64,000 nt of DNA from Dehalococcoidia bacterium (GCA_965208885.1 CBDBPS010000002.1:1879538-1943537), one strand, 5' to 3'; shown: positions 27,603 through 37,673, counted from the first letter of the stretch. Notes: generated from the letters alone by a model not told the origin. A program made the numbers and translations.

Positions 27603-28031
27603 TCACAGTGCCCTGCACTCGAGAACGCCGCCAGTGTCTCCGGCGTGCCAACGCCGCATGTGAACAGACGACGAGTCGGCCCTGAGACGGCCGTTCCACT
27701 GACCCTGCCGACTACCCCGGGTGAGCGTGAACTTGAAGTAGTCGACCTGGTCGTCGCCGCCGCCGATGGAGTGACCGGGGAATCTGGTCTCGCTCAGGCT
27801 GGTCAAGTCGCCCAGGTCGATGGCGCCGTCCCTGGTGGCGTCGGCGTCCACTGGCTCCGGTTCCTGACCGGCCGGTGCCTGGGCTACCTGCGCTTCGAAG
27901 TCGTTACTCTGTTTGCTCAGCCCAGCGCTGTTACGGGCCTTGATGCGGTACACGTAGGACGCGCCTGCCGCGACGCTCGTATCGGCCAGCGCGTTGCGCA
28001 GCGCTCCCGTGTCCTCCCCGGCCTTCTGCAC
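27603..28031 (-). pseudogene. Truncated fragment (FN3 C-terminal part plus the start of a PPC domain) of a fifth subtilase-type giant gene. It is convergent with, and abuts, the stop of the 17250-27602 gene.
   Basis: ASYVYRIKARNSAGLSKQS is an FN3 end and DDQVDYFKFTLTRG is a PPC motif. Both parallel the N-terminal region of the 7083-14696 protein. There is no signal peptide or catalytic domain, and the frame degenerates after the PPC motif. Confidence 0.55.
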
Positions 28032-28687
28032 TCGCTGATCGCTACGCCAGCGTCGCGAGGGCCGCCGGAAAACCGCCGCCCGCGCATCCCCGCACGTTGA
28101 CCCCGAGTTGGATCAGCGCCTGCTGGTCTCGCACGGGATCAAGGCGGAGATGGTGCTCGGCGAGGTAGCGGCGATTCTCCAGCGGGCGGCCCCCATCGAT
28201 AGGTCGCAAAGCACCATCGGCAGGGGATTCTCTTGCCTACGAGCCGGCGGCGAGGAGAGAGACCGCTCCACCACGCCGGGTCGCGGCGCCGCGAACGCCA
28301 TCGCCGGCCGCGCCGCGACCTCGGGCGACGCGGTCTCCGCAAACGGTCCGCGCGCCTCGGGGACGATGTTCCGACGAGGTGGCGGGCGGGACCGCCGCGC
28401 GCTCGCCGTCGATGCTGACGCCCAGCCTCGCCCAGTCCTCGGGCCCCAGGGCGTCGACGAACTCGGCTACGAAGCGCGGGAGGTGGTCCCGGTATCAGCT
28501 CGTCAAGACCGGGCGGCAGCATCCGGGTCTGGTCACGGCTCAGCGGGCGCAGCGGCATCGGAGACTCCGCGGTTCTCCCCCGCCCCCTCAAAACTTCTAC
28601 CTCAAGCCGTTTTTCTGAGACAGGCTCATCTGGCGACTCACACACGCGATCACGACAGCGAACGTACAGAATCACCCCGCTCTATAG

Positions 28688-28790
28688 TTACAATCACATC
28701 TCTCCCGAGGTTCGTTTCGAAGCATTGATAACGTTGCAGACGCGGTACATTACAACCTTTCAAGTCCTGTAGTGAGTCAATAGTCTTTTC
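28688..28790 (+). promoter_or_regulatory. Conserved upstream element (copy 2), about 320 nt 5' of the 29109-35021 giant gene.
   Basis: Aligns with 16931-17045 (see that feature). Confidence 0.45.
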
Positions 28791-29108
28791 GTGGTCAGTC
28801 CGGTCGGCAACCCCCCCGGCTGTAAAGGTGGCGCGCGCGTGGCCGTTCAGGACCTCGCCGTCGTACGCGGACGCGATTCACTCGTGCACTCGCGGACGCA
28901 TCTCATTAACCACGTGCGCGACGACGTCAGGCGCGGGCCGCCGCGCTGCCGTTGTCGACTTCGCCGCATGCGGGGAACGAGAGCGCTCCGAGTCTGTCTG
29001 AGATAGATGCGCGTTCGACTCCTGCCATGAACCCCGGTCCGTGCCGACGGGAATAGGACAGGTTAGGTGAGCCCATCAACACGCGTTTCTGGAGGCGTCC
29101 GTCGGCGG

Positions 29109-32100
29109 ATGGCTCCCCTCGGCGCGGCGCTGCTCCTCATCGCGGCGGGTCTCACACCGGCTCCCGGCGCCTTCGCGCAGACCACCGCCGCCCCAGTGAT
29201 CACGAGTGAGGGCCCCTTCACCGTCGACGAAGGCGAGACCGCCATCGCCACCCTCACGGCGACCGATGCGGACACGGCTCCCGGCGATCTGACCTGGTCG
29301 AGGACCGGCGGCGCCGACAGCGACAAGTTCTCGCTGACTGCCGCCGGCGTCCTCACCTTCGCCGCCGCCGGGGACTACGAGGACCCCGACGACGCCGACG
29401 GCGACCGCTCCTACGAAGTCACCGTGCAGGTCTCGGACCGCGACAACACAGACACCGCGAACCTCGTCGTCATCCTTGCGAACGTAACGGAGCTCATCAC
29501 CACAATTGCGGGACCCACGACCGTCTCCTTCGCCGAGAACGGTGCTGGACGCGTGGCCACATTCACCGCCTCGACGGATGAGGACCGCGACGGCATCGAG
29601 TGGATCCTCGCCGGGACGGATCGCGAACACTTCACGATCGACAGTCCGGCGGGTGCGCTCCGCTTCCACATCGACCCGGTCTCGCCGAACATCTTCCCGA
29701 AGCTCCCGGACTTCGAGGACCCCAACGACGGCGGAACAGACAACGTCTACTCCATTACGCTGCTGGCCCGCGTTGGCTCCGCCATCAGTTCGTCGCACGC
29801 GGTCACGGTCACGGTGACCGATGAGGACGAGGGCGGCTCGCTGTCTTTCTCCTCGAAGCGTCCGCGCCAGGGCGTCGAGCTGACGGCGACGCTGAGCGAC
29901 CCGGACGGCGTCAGCGCCGGCACGGTCACGTGGCAGTGGGAGCGCTCGACGGGCCGCGACTCCTGGGCGGTTGTCGCCGGGGCAGCTTCCGGCAGCTACA
30001 CGCCGGTGGCCGCCGACACGAACGCCTTCCTGCGCGTCACCGCGACGTACGACGACGAGCACGGGGAGGACCATGGGGTTGCGGGGACGCCGCCCAACGT
30101 GGTGCTGGGACCGCTGCTGACGTCGGTGACGGTCACGACGAACAACGCGGCTAGCAACACCGCGCACGCCCTCCGGCCCACGTTTGACGCCGAGGTTCTG
30201 CACTACGGCATTGGCTGCGATGAAAGCGACACGATGGCGCTGACCCTGAGCGCACCTTCAGGGAGCCGTCTGGCCGTGGACGGGGAGCAGGTCGCACCGG
30301 GGACAGATGTTGAGTTGGGAGTGACCGAGACCACGAGCGTGCAGGTCACCCTCTCGGGCGGGGACGGCGCCGAGACCACCTATGTCATCCACTGCATGCC
30401 GCAGCAATTCTTCGAGTGGCAGATTATCAAACACGCGGGGACCTCCGGCGTCCTGGAGGATCTCATCGCGTTCGGGCACCCGGGGTACATCTCCTTCACG
30501 GACAACAATGGCGTTCCCAGGTACCTCACCCCGACTCTGGATGACCTCCGCCCGCCACGATTCTTCAAGATCGGCGTGTTCAGGGTCGGTGGGGACGGGG
30601 CGTTCCGGTACGCCTATCGCCGGCCAACGGAGACGCGCTCCAGCGCCTTCACCGTCCTGGACGCACAATTCAAGACCCATGCCGAGGGGATCCAGACCAG
30701 GCCGCCGCTCACACACACCGACAGCCACGACTTCCGCGTACTGGAGAACGGCGACTACCTGCTGCTCGCCTATAACAGCGCCATAAGGTATCTCGGCCAC
30801 CTCACGTTCCTCGACCCGATGAGAGACCCATCCGTCAAGGTGTATGACTCGGCGATTCAGATCGTGACGCCCCGGGGGCAGGCGAAATTCACCTGGAACT
30901 CATGGGATCACATGGCGATCGAGGACTGCGTGCAGCACCGCTTCCCGATACAGCATCCCGACACATCCTCGCGCAACCTGGAGCACCCCGGATATGCCCA
31001 CGTGAACTCGGCACAGGCTGTCGACGATCTCATCGTGGCCTCGTTCCGCGGCTGCTCGAAGGTTCTCGGCATTGATGTCACAACGGGGGAGGTGGCCTGG
31101 CGGATTGGCCTCAGCAATCTGAGCGAGGACGACTGGGCGGGACGCGACATCGGGCCGGCTCCGATGGGTATCGTCAATGACCCCGAGGGGCAATTCTGCG
31201 GCCAGCATGCAGCCCAAATTCTCCCGAACGGTCACCTCCTGCTCTACGACAACGGCACCCGTTGCGTCATGAATCCGTGGACGAACGAGCCGCTTGGAAG
31301 GGACTTCGACACCTTCAGCCGTGCCGTCGAGTACGCCCTGGATCACGAAAACAACGAGGTGGTGTTCGTGCGCGACCACTCGCTGCGGGGGGAGAGGAGC
31401 GCCTTCGCGTGGTCCAGCGGCGATGTGGAGGTCCTCGATAACGGCGACTGGCTGGTCAGTTGGGGGCGTACCCGCAGCACCGATCCGTTGCTTACCGACA
31501 ACGAAACGGTTACGCAAGTCGACCCGGCCACGGGTGTGGAGAAGTTCGCCATCAGGTTTGTCACCGCCGACAGCGCGAATGCCCCCCGCATCATTGCCTC
31601 CGCGGTCCCCCCCGAGGCGCTGGCCCCGCAGCCTGGTTCCCTCACGGCGCACCTTCCCGCAAGCTCCCACTCCTCGGTCTTCCACGGCGGCGCCACCGAC
31701 TCGCCGCAGGTGGTCGTCGCCTTCAGCCGCCCGGTCGTGGACTTCGACGAGACCTCGCCATCGTTCAACGTAACGGGGGCCACGGTTGCGAGCGTCAGCG
31801 CCCATGTCGTCGCGGGCGAGCCCTCCAACGCCTACCTCGTGACACTCACCCCGGACGGCGATGGCGCGATCAGCTTCAGCCTCGTCGCCGGCCATGCCTG
31901 CGCCGCCGGAGGGATCTGCACCGCCGACGGCGCAACGCTGTCCGCAGCGCCGGCGACATTCACCATCGGGCCGGCTCCCAGCGTCGCCTTCGAGGAGGCC
32001 GCGTACAGCGTCGGCGAGGGTTCCGCACGGAGCGTCGCGCTGCGCCTGAGCGCCGCGCACCGAGGCGCGCGCGGCGTGACCGTCCCCGTGCTGCTGCACA

Positions 32101-35021
32101 CGACCGGCACCGCTTCGGACAGCGACCTGATGGGCGGCGGGAGCGTCACGTTCGAGGCAGGCGAGACGCGCAAGACTATCACGGTAGAGGCGCTGCACGA
32201 CGACCTCATCGAAGGCAACGAGACCGCCATGCTTGCGTTCGGGGATTTGCCGGACGGCCTCACCGCGAGTGCGACCGCCACGGCCACCGTGACGGTGACC
32301 GACACGGACCGGGCGCAGATCGACTTCCGCGTCGGGGTGTCGCAGGTCTCCGAGGGGGGCGAGACCCGGCTCACCTTCACGATCACCAACGGCGTCACCT
32401 TCGAGCGGGACCAGCCCATCGACCTGACCATCGGCGGGACGGCCACGCCGGGAGACGACTTCACGCTCGTCGATGCCGCGAGCAACAACCTGTCCGCGCC
32501 CTATGCTCTCACCTTCCCGGCCGGGGCGAGCGCCATCGGCATGACGTTCCGCGCGGTCGATGACACGGACATCGAACCTGCAGCCGAAACGGTCATCATG
32601 AGCGCCCGGCTGGCACTTACCAACACCCTTCTGGGTACGCGCACGGTCGCGATTCCACCGAGCGACGTGCCCGACATCCCGGGCGTCGCGATGTTCGTCG
32701 GTGGCGGGAGCATGGTCACCGAGGGAGAGGACGCACCCTTCATCCTACTGCGCACCACGGCGACGAACCTGCCGGTCTCGGAGCCGCTGACAGTGTCCGT
32801 GGAGGTCACTGCGACGGGCTCGACGCTCAGCGGTGCGACGCCCACCAGTGCGACATTCGACGCGAACAGCTATCTCGCAACCGTGTGGCTCACCACCCTC
32901 GACGACCAGATCGTGGAACCGCCGGGGAGCGTAACCGTCCTCGTGCTCGGCAGCACCAGCAACCCGCCCGTGTACCTCACCGGCGCCAACAACGCATTCA
33001 CCCTGGCCGTTAGCGACAACGACGTGGCGGCGTTCACGGTGTCGGCGAGCGCCGAGGAGGTGGCCGAGGGCGCCACGGTCACGGTCACCATTGCGGCCGA
33101 TGGCGTCACCTTCGCCGAGCCCCAGGCGATCACGCTGATGCTCGGCGGGACGGCGACGCCTGGGGAGGACTTCAGCATCTGGAGTGGCGCCGCGGAGCTG
33201 TCGGACCCGTACACGGTCAAGCTGCCCGCGGGGGCGAGGTCGGCGCTCGTCAGCATCCGCACGAAGCCCGACGGCGAAGACGACCAGGGTGAGACGGTCG
33301 AACTCACAGCCAGCCACGATGGGAACGCCATCGGCGCTGTCACGGTCACGATCACCGCCCCCGCGCCGCCGCCCGTCGTCCTGGGCAGCTTCGGAGGTGG
33401 CGGCGGCCCCTCCGGCCCGACGCCCAGCGATGTTGAGTTCGAGTGGAACGTCGAGCGCGACATCGAGGAGCTGGACAGCGGTCACAACGCCCCGACTGGC
33501 GCCTGGTCCGACGGCGTGCGGGTCTGGCTGTTGCAGAACGGCAGCGGCGCCGACGACGCCGTCTACGCCTACGACCTCACGACTGGCGAACGTGTCGAGG
33601 ACCGCGAGTTCGAGCTCGACGATACGAACCGCGCCCCGCGCGGCGTCTGGTCGAACGGCGAGACGGTGTGGGTCTCCGACAGCGGCCAGAACCGCCTCTT
33701 CGCCTACGACCTCGAGAGCGGTGAACGCGTTCCCGAACTCGACCTGGTACTCGCTGCACGCAACCGCGACGCGCGCGGCATCTGGTCCGATGGCAAGACG
33801 ATGTGGGTGCTCGACGGCGGGAAGGACAGCCTCTTCGCCTACGACCTCGCCGGCGGCGACCTCATCGCCGAGTACGCCCTGGACGGCGCCAACAGCGACC
33901 CTCATGGCCTCTGGTCCGACGGTGTCAGCGTTTGGATCTCCGACCACACCGCCAAGCGCCTCTTCGCCTACAGTGTGCCGTCGCTGCCTGAGTCAGAGCC
34001 TCCCAAGGAGCCGCCCGCCCTCGAGCGCGTCGTCGCCGAGGAGTTCGAGGAGCCGGGCCGCGTCGGCAACAACAGCCCTCGAGGCATCTGGTCGGACGGC
34101 GAGGTCATGTATGTCGTCGACGCGCTCGACGGCCGCGTCTACACGTACAACATGCCCGATGCCATCGAAGTGCGCCTCGCCTCGCTCGCGCTCTCAGGCG
34201 TCGACATCGGCGAGTTCGACCCCGGCGTGAGGGAGTACGACGGCTCGGCGGACACAGGCGTGAGCGAGACGACGATCGAGGCGGAGGCGATGCAGCGCCT
34301 CGCCGACATCGACATCGACCCGCCCGATGCCGACGAGGGGGCGGATGGCCACCAGGTCACGCTCGAGGGCGTCGCCGAGATCACCGTGACCGTGACCTCG
34401 GCGGACGGCGCGCGGAAGCGAGAGTACCGCGTGCGGCTCGGCCAGGAGGAAGCGACCGGGACCGCCGCGGAGTGCCTGCGGGGCGCCGTGGCGGTGGGCT
34501 TCAGCATCCTCGTCTACCAGGGGGGGAGCGTCGGCGACCTGCTCGGCTGCGCGGAGAGCCGCCACGTCAGGGCCCTGTACGCCCTGCACGAGGGCGAGTA
34601 CCTCTCCCACATCCTCGGGGCGCCAGACTTCGTGAACGCCGCCTTCGGGGAGCTGTACCGCGACGGTGTTCCCGCGCTCACCGCGCTGGTCGCCCGCAGC
34701 GTCGGGCCGGCCACGCCGGACCCGGCCGCCGGCGGCGGCGCTGACGGCACAGCGTGGCCGGTCTGCCTGCGCGGCGAGATCGTCGAGGGCTTCAGCCTCG
34801 CGCTGTACGAGGGCGGCAGCGTCGACGCACTCGCAGCCTGTGCGCAGAGCCTGGGCGTCACGGCCGTCTACACCCTGGCCGATGGCGAGTACGTCTCCTA
34901 CATCCTCGGAGCCCCGGAGTTCGTGAACGCGGGCTTCGCCGAGCTGTTCGCCGGTGGTGTTCCGCCCATCACTCCATTGGTCGCCAGAAGCGAAACGCCT
35001 CCCGCGGGTGGACTACGATGA
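29109..35021 (+). CDS. Giant secreted protein with cadherin-like repeats, a possible arylsulfotransferase (ASST)-like beta-propeller, several Calx-beta domains and the conserved C-terminal module.
   Basis: The ATG at 29109 is preceded by GGAGG. The signal peptide reads MAPLGAALLLIAAGLTPAPGAFAQT. A cadherin repeat reads DVTELITT...DEDEG. The propeller region at ~30390-31560 carries ILPNGHLLLYDNGT, VLENGDYLLLAYNS and VLDNGDWLVSWG motifs. Calx-beta units read VAFEEAAYSVGEGSARSVAL...VTVTDTD. The C-terminal module begins SFGGGGGPSGPTPSDVEFEW. Confidence 0.85.
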   Translation: MAPLGAALLLIAAGLTPAPGAFAQTTAAPVITSEGPFTVDEGETAIATLTATDADTAPGDLTWSRTGGADSDKFSLTAAGVLTFAAAGDYEDPDDADGDRSYEVTVQVSDRDNTDTANLVVILANVTELITTIAGPTTVSFAENGAGRVATFTASTDEDRDGIEWILAGTDREHFTIDSPAGALRFHIDPVSPNIFPKLPDFEDPNDGGTDNVYSITLLARVGSAISSSHAVTVTVTDEDEGGSLSFSSKRPRQGVELTATLSDPDGVSAGTVTWQWERSTGRDSWAVVAGAASGSYTPVAADTNAFLRVTATYDDEHGEDHGVAGTPPNVVLGPLLTSVTVTTNNAASNTAHALRPTFDAEVLHYGIGCDESDTMALTLSAPSGSRLAVDGEQVAPGTDVELGVTETTSVQVTLSGGDGAETTYVIHCMPQQFFEWQIIKHAGTSGVLEDLIAFGHPGYISFTDNNGVPRYLTPTLDDLRPPRFFKIGVFRVGGDGAFRYAYRRPTETRSSAFTVLDAQFKTHAEGIQTRPPLTHTDSHDFRVLENGDYLLLAYNSAIRYLGHLTFLDPMRDPSVKVYDSAIQIVTPRGQAKFTWNSWDHMAIEDCVQHRFPIQHPDTSSRNLEHPGYAHVNSAQAVDDLIVASFRGCSKVLGIDVTTGEVAWRIGLSNLSEDDWAGRDIGPAPMGIVNDPEGQFCGQHAAQILPNGHLLLYDNGTRCVMNPWTNEPLGRDFDTFSRAVEYALDHENNEVVFVRDHSLRGERSAFAWSSGDVEVLDNGDWLVSWGRTRSTDPLLTDNETVTQVDPATGVEKFAIRFVTADSANAPRIIASAVPPEALAPQPGSLTAHLPASSHSSVFHGGATDSPQVVVAFSRPVVDFDETSPSFNVTGATVASVSAHVVAGEPSNAYLVTLTPDGDGAISFSLVAGHACAAGGICTADGATLSAAPATFTIGPAPSVAFEEAAYSVGEGSARSVALRLSAAHRGARGVTVPVLLHTTGTASDSDLMGGGSVTFEAGETRKTITVEALHDDLIEGNETAMLAFGDLPDGLTASATATATVTVTDTDRAQIDFRVGVSQVSEGGETRLTFTITNGVTFERDQPIDLTIGGTATPGDDFTLVDAASNNLSAPYALTFPAGASAIGMTFRAVDDTDIEPAAETVIMSARLALTNTLLGTRTVAIPPSDVPDIPGVAMFVGGGSMVTEGEDAPFILLRTTATNLPVSEPLTVSVEVTATGSTLSGATPTSATFDANSYLATVWLTTLDDQIVEPPGSVTVLVLGSTSNPPVYLTGANNAFTLAVSDNDVAAFTVSASAEEVAEGATVTVTIAADGVTFAEPQAITLMLGGTATPGEDFSIWSGAAELSDPYTVKLPAGARSALVSIRTKPDGEDDQGETVELTASHDGNAIGAVTVTITAPAPPPVVLGSFGGGGGPSGPTPSDVEFEWNVERDIEELDSGHNAPTGAWSDGVRVWLLQNGSGADDAVYAYDLTTGERVEDREFELDDTNRAPRGVWSNGETVWVSDSGQNRLFAYDLESGERVPELDLVLAARNRDARGIWSDGKTMWVLDGGKDSLFAYDLAGGDLIAEYALDGANSDPHGLWSDGVSVWISDHTAKRLFAYSVPSLPESEPPKEPPALERVVAEEFEEPGRVGNNSPRGIWSDGEVMYVVDALDGRVYTYNMPDAIEVRLASLALSGVDIGEFDPGVREYDGSADTGVSETTIEAEAMQRLADIDIDPPDADEGADGHQVTLEGVAEITVTVTSADGARKREYRVRLGQEEATGTAAECLRGAVAVGFSILVYQGGSVGDLLGCAESRHVRALYALHEGEYLSHILGAPDFVNAAFGELYRDGVPALTALVARSVGPATPDPAAGGGADGTAWPVCLRGEIVEGFSLALYEGGSVDALAACAQSLGVTAVYTLADGEYVSYILGAPEFVNAGFAELFAGGVPPITPLVARSETPPAGGLR
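30390..31560 (+). other. Possible ASST-like (arylsulfate sulfotransferase family) beta-propeller domain.
   Basis: Repeated L.NG.LL/LL.YDNG-type strands and overall spacing recall ASST-family propellers. This is an eyeball assignment only. Confidence 0.3.
33375..35021 (+). repeat. Copy 4 of 4 of the conserved 3' cassette (C-terminal module).
   Basis: GSFGGGGGPSGPTPSDVEFEWNVERDIEELD followed by blades, a cadherin-like domain and 2x CLRG. Confidence 0.8.
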
Positions 35022-35343
35022 GGGCCTCGCGACCCCCTGTTTCCCGGGCTCCGGGGTGCGGCATCGCCTATGGGCAGCGACCGGTGCAGGAGGCCGAATT
35101 CGCTGAACGGGTAGGCGGACCGAGTCGCTGAACGTCGACACTGACTTCACCCGCGCTACATGTCCCTGCCCGCGCCGGGCAGCGCCTCAAGCCCCTTCCC
35201 GGTCGGGGCGGCGTGGCCGCCCCCGGCTCCCTGCAGGGGGCCCGTGCGTCCGTCGCCGGCGCGAATCCAACGGCGGCGAGCAACGGCCACCGTGACGAGC
35301 GTGTCTCCGTCGCGGCCCGGCCGACCGGGGCGAAGTGGGATGA

Positions 35344-36500
35344 GTGAAGCAGGCTCCGGGGGTAGAACATGCGGTCGAGCGCGAGAAGATCGCGGAACGG
35401 TCGACGCGCGGCAAGGCGGAGCGCGCCCGCAACTGCAAACTCGCGCAGGGCACAGGCGCCGGTCGCTACGGGTACATCTACGAACCCGAAACGGGGCAGC
35501 GCGTGCTCAACCCCCGACAGGCGGCAGTCGTCCGCCGCATCTTCGAGGAGTGGGTCTCAGGTAAGGCTGTGAATCGCATCACCACCGACCTGAACATCGA
35601 CGGCATCCCGACGTTGACTGGCAAGCAGTGGTACCCGGTGACGGTCCGCCGGATCCTGCGCAACGAGACCTACACCGGCCGCACGGTCTACCGGCGCACC
35701 AGGGTGGAGATGGTTCGGCAGTCCGGCGCTCGCCGCAGGAAGCGGTGCGTGGTCGAGCAGGATCCGAGCGAGCACATCGTGATCGAGGGGGCGTCGCCGC
35801 AGATCATTTCCCCCGAGTCGTACGCGCTCGCTCAGTCGCGGTTCGAGGACCCCGAGCGCCGTAGCGCACGGGCGCCGTCGCGGACGTATCCGCTGCGTGG
35901 GCGGCTGCGCTGCCGAGATTGCGGTGCGGGCATGGTCGGTCAGCCGGTGCAGCACGGGCGCTACTTCTACTACCGCTGCAATCGCCTCTACCTGTCCAAC
36001 GCGGAGAAGCGCTGCTCAGGTCGGCAGGTCCGTAAGGAAACCCTTGAGGATGCCGTCCGCAGCACCCTCGAAGACGTCCGGAACTCGCCATCGGCATGGC
36101 CGAGCAGCTGCGCGAGGGGACGGATCACGCCGCCCGGCTGGACTAAGCTCGCGCGCGAGCTCAGCCACATCGACGACAGCCAGGACCGCCTCGTCGACCT
36201 CTGCACGGACGGCGAGGTCACCAAGGACGCCTCCCAGCAGAAGCGGGAACGGCTCACAAGGCGCAGGGCCTCGCTTGAGCGCGAGCAGGCTCAGCTCCGC
36301 TCAGAGTGCGAGCCCGGCCCCGATCCCGAGATGCTGCGGGAGGTGCTGGCGTTCGTCCGCGAGTGGGTGACGAAGGCCGAAGGCGACGACCTCGAGTTGC
36401 TGCTTTCAGGCGCTGAACGTGCGCGTGGACGTCTCTCCAGAGGAGGCCGATGTGCTCGTCGAGGTCCCGATGATGGAGGCGCTCGAGGGGGCAGATTTTG
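35344..36500 (+). pseudogene. Large serine recombinase lacking its N-terminal resolvase catalytic domain. Only the recombinase domain, zinc ribbon and coiled coil remain.
   Basis: YGYIYEPETGQRVLNPRQAAVVRRIFEEWVSGKAVNRITTDLNIDGIPTLTGKQWYPVTVRRILRNETYTGR is the recombinase domain. CRDCGAGM...YYRCNRL is the zinc ribbon. The in-frame TGA sits immediately upstream of the GTG at 35344, so no catalytic Ser domain is present. The 3' end reads through into the small conserved ORF. Confidence 0.7.
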
Positions 36501-36522
36501 TCACCACTGCACGAACATCGGT

Positions 36523-36582
36523 ATGAAGCTCCGGTCGTGCGAAAAAGGGTGCGCCAGGCTGTATCTGGCGCTCTCGTTCTGA
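36523..36582 (+). CDS. Conserved 19-codon small ORF, copy 1 (MKLRSCEKGCARLYLALSF). It is part of an ~88-nt repeated element that starts near 36495.
   Basis: Three copies, at 36523, 44177 and 57827, share a TTTcTCACCAC-N15-ATG leader and 19 codons. Differences between copies are mostly synonymous or conservative. Confidence 0.5.
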   Translation: MKLRSCEKGCARLYLALSF

Positions 36583-36601
36583 TGCCCGGCTGGCCTCTCC
36601 T

Positions 36602-37180
36602 CTATCGCGGTGCAACTCGCTTGCGCTTCCGCGCCGCGTTCTGTCTCGCCACCCCGGTGACGTTCAAACGGTACCGCGCCATGGTCTCACTGACTCCGTG
36701 ACGCTTTGCGATATCGCTTGCGGTCGCCCCTCGACGGATCTCCGCAAGGAGTAGCGGTCGAGGAAGGAGAAGGCACCCAGACAACCAGGCTGCCTCCTCC
36801 TCCTGAACAGGATCACAAGAGAGGAAGGTGACATCGCCGAGCGTCTCGATTCGGCTCAGGTCGTGGTCGAGCAGGATGTGCCCGAGTTCGTGCGCAAGGT
36901 CACTCGCCCGGCGGGGGGGCACAGACAGGGGATTGAACACGATCACTACGCGATCGTCTGAAGGACGGAACGTGCAGGCTGAGAACGCATCGGGCTGTAG
37001 CTCATCGAGGGCAACGAATCGGCTGCGCGGGATCAAGTCCTCTCCCGATCGGACCTCGACACCGAGGAGTTCCGCTAGGGCCTCGGGCGTGACCGGGTCA
37101 GCAGCCGCCAACCCGAGGTCCACCCTCACGCTCTTCGCGATCCTCTCCGCTTCTGACTTGAACCCCCTACGAAGCGCCAT
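36602..37180 (-). CDS. ImmA/IrrE-family Zn metallopeptidase (CapP-like).
   Basis: It carries the HEXXH motif AHELGHILLDH. It lies downstream of, and overlaps, an XRE HTH gene, as ImmR/ImmA and CapH/CapP pairs do. Confidence 0.75.
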   Translation of the reverse strand: MALRRGFKSEAERIAKSVRVDLGLAAADPVTPEALAELLGVEVRSGEDLIPRSRFVALDELQPDAFSACTFRPSDDRVVIVFNPLSVPPRRASDLAHELGHILLDHDLSRIETLGDVTFLSCDPVQEEEAAWLSGCLLLPRPLLLAEIRRGATASDIAKRHGVSETMARYRLNVTGVARQNAARKRKRVAPR

Positions 37181-37673
37181 CCTGTGATTCCCTCAAGAGC
37201 GCCTCGTGCAGGTCGTTCACCAGTTCCCCGAGGGTGTGAGCAGCGTCGGGCCTGAACGTCTTCGCTGCCCTCAGATGCACCGCCGCGACTCTTTCAGGAC
37301 GGGCCAACGCCGCGTAGAGGTCCTTTACGATCCCTGCGATTCGATCAGCCGCATCCGGGGGAAGATTGCGATCCGAGCGAAGGTGCTCCGCGATCACGTC
37401 AGTGGTCACCGCAGCTTTCTCGAGGGGCTCGAAGAACTCGGCGATGTCCGCCCCACACCACTCGACGAGACGCTTGAACTTCGGTAGGTCCGGTACGTGG
37501 CCTTTCTCGACTCGGGCCAGGGTGTTGAACGGAATCCCGACGGTGTCGGCGGCCTCGCGGAGACTCATTCCGCGCCGGTTCCGCTCGGCCGCGACGAGCC
37601 GTCCTAGGTCACCGAGGTCGCGGTTGCCAGCCGCCACACGTCCCCCTGTGCGTAAAGTGGTACGCCGCACCAA
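37167..37673 (-). CDS. XRE-family helix-turn-helix transcriptional regulator (CapH/ImmR-like).
   Basis: The HTH reads RGMSLREAADTVGIPFNTLARVEKG. It is divergent from the Ubl operon. Confidence 0.75.
   Translation of the reverse strand: MVRRTTLRTGGRVAAGNRDLGDLGRLVAAERNRRGMSLREAADTVGIPFNTLARVEKGHVPDLPKFKRLVEWCGADIAEFFEPLEKAAVTTDVIAEHLRSDRNLPPDAADRIAGIVKDLYAALARPERVAAVHLRAAKTFRPDAAHTLGELVNDLHEALLRESQDGAS

Noticed and set aside
28108-28728. 206-aa plus-strand ORF, with overlapping minus ORF 28139-28675, in the gap between the giant-gene fragment and the upstream element.
   Set aside because: No motifs, biased composition, no SD. The region may be a degraded remnant, but nothing is callable.
35021-35343. 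Search for the missing resolvase catalytic domain of the serine recombinase in other frames.
   Set aside because: ORFs in this gap (e.g. 35160-35564) are Pro/Arg/Ala-rich with no S-R-x-x-Q-type catalytic motif. The domain appears truly absent.
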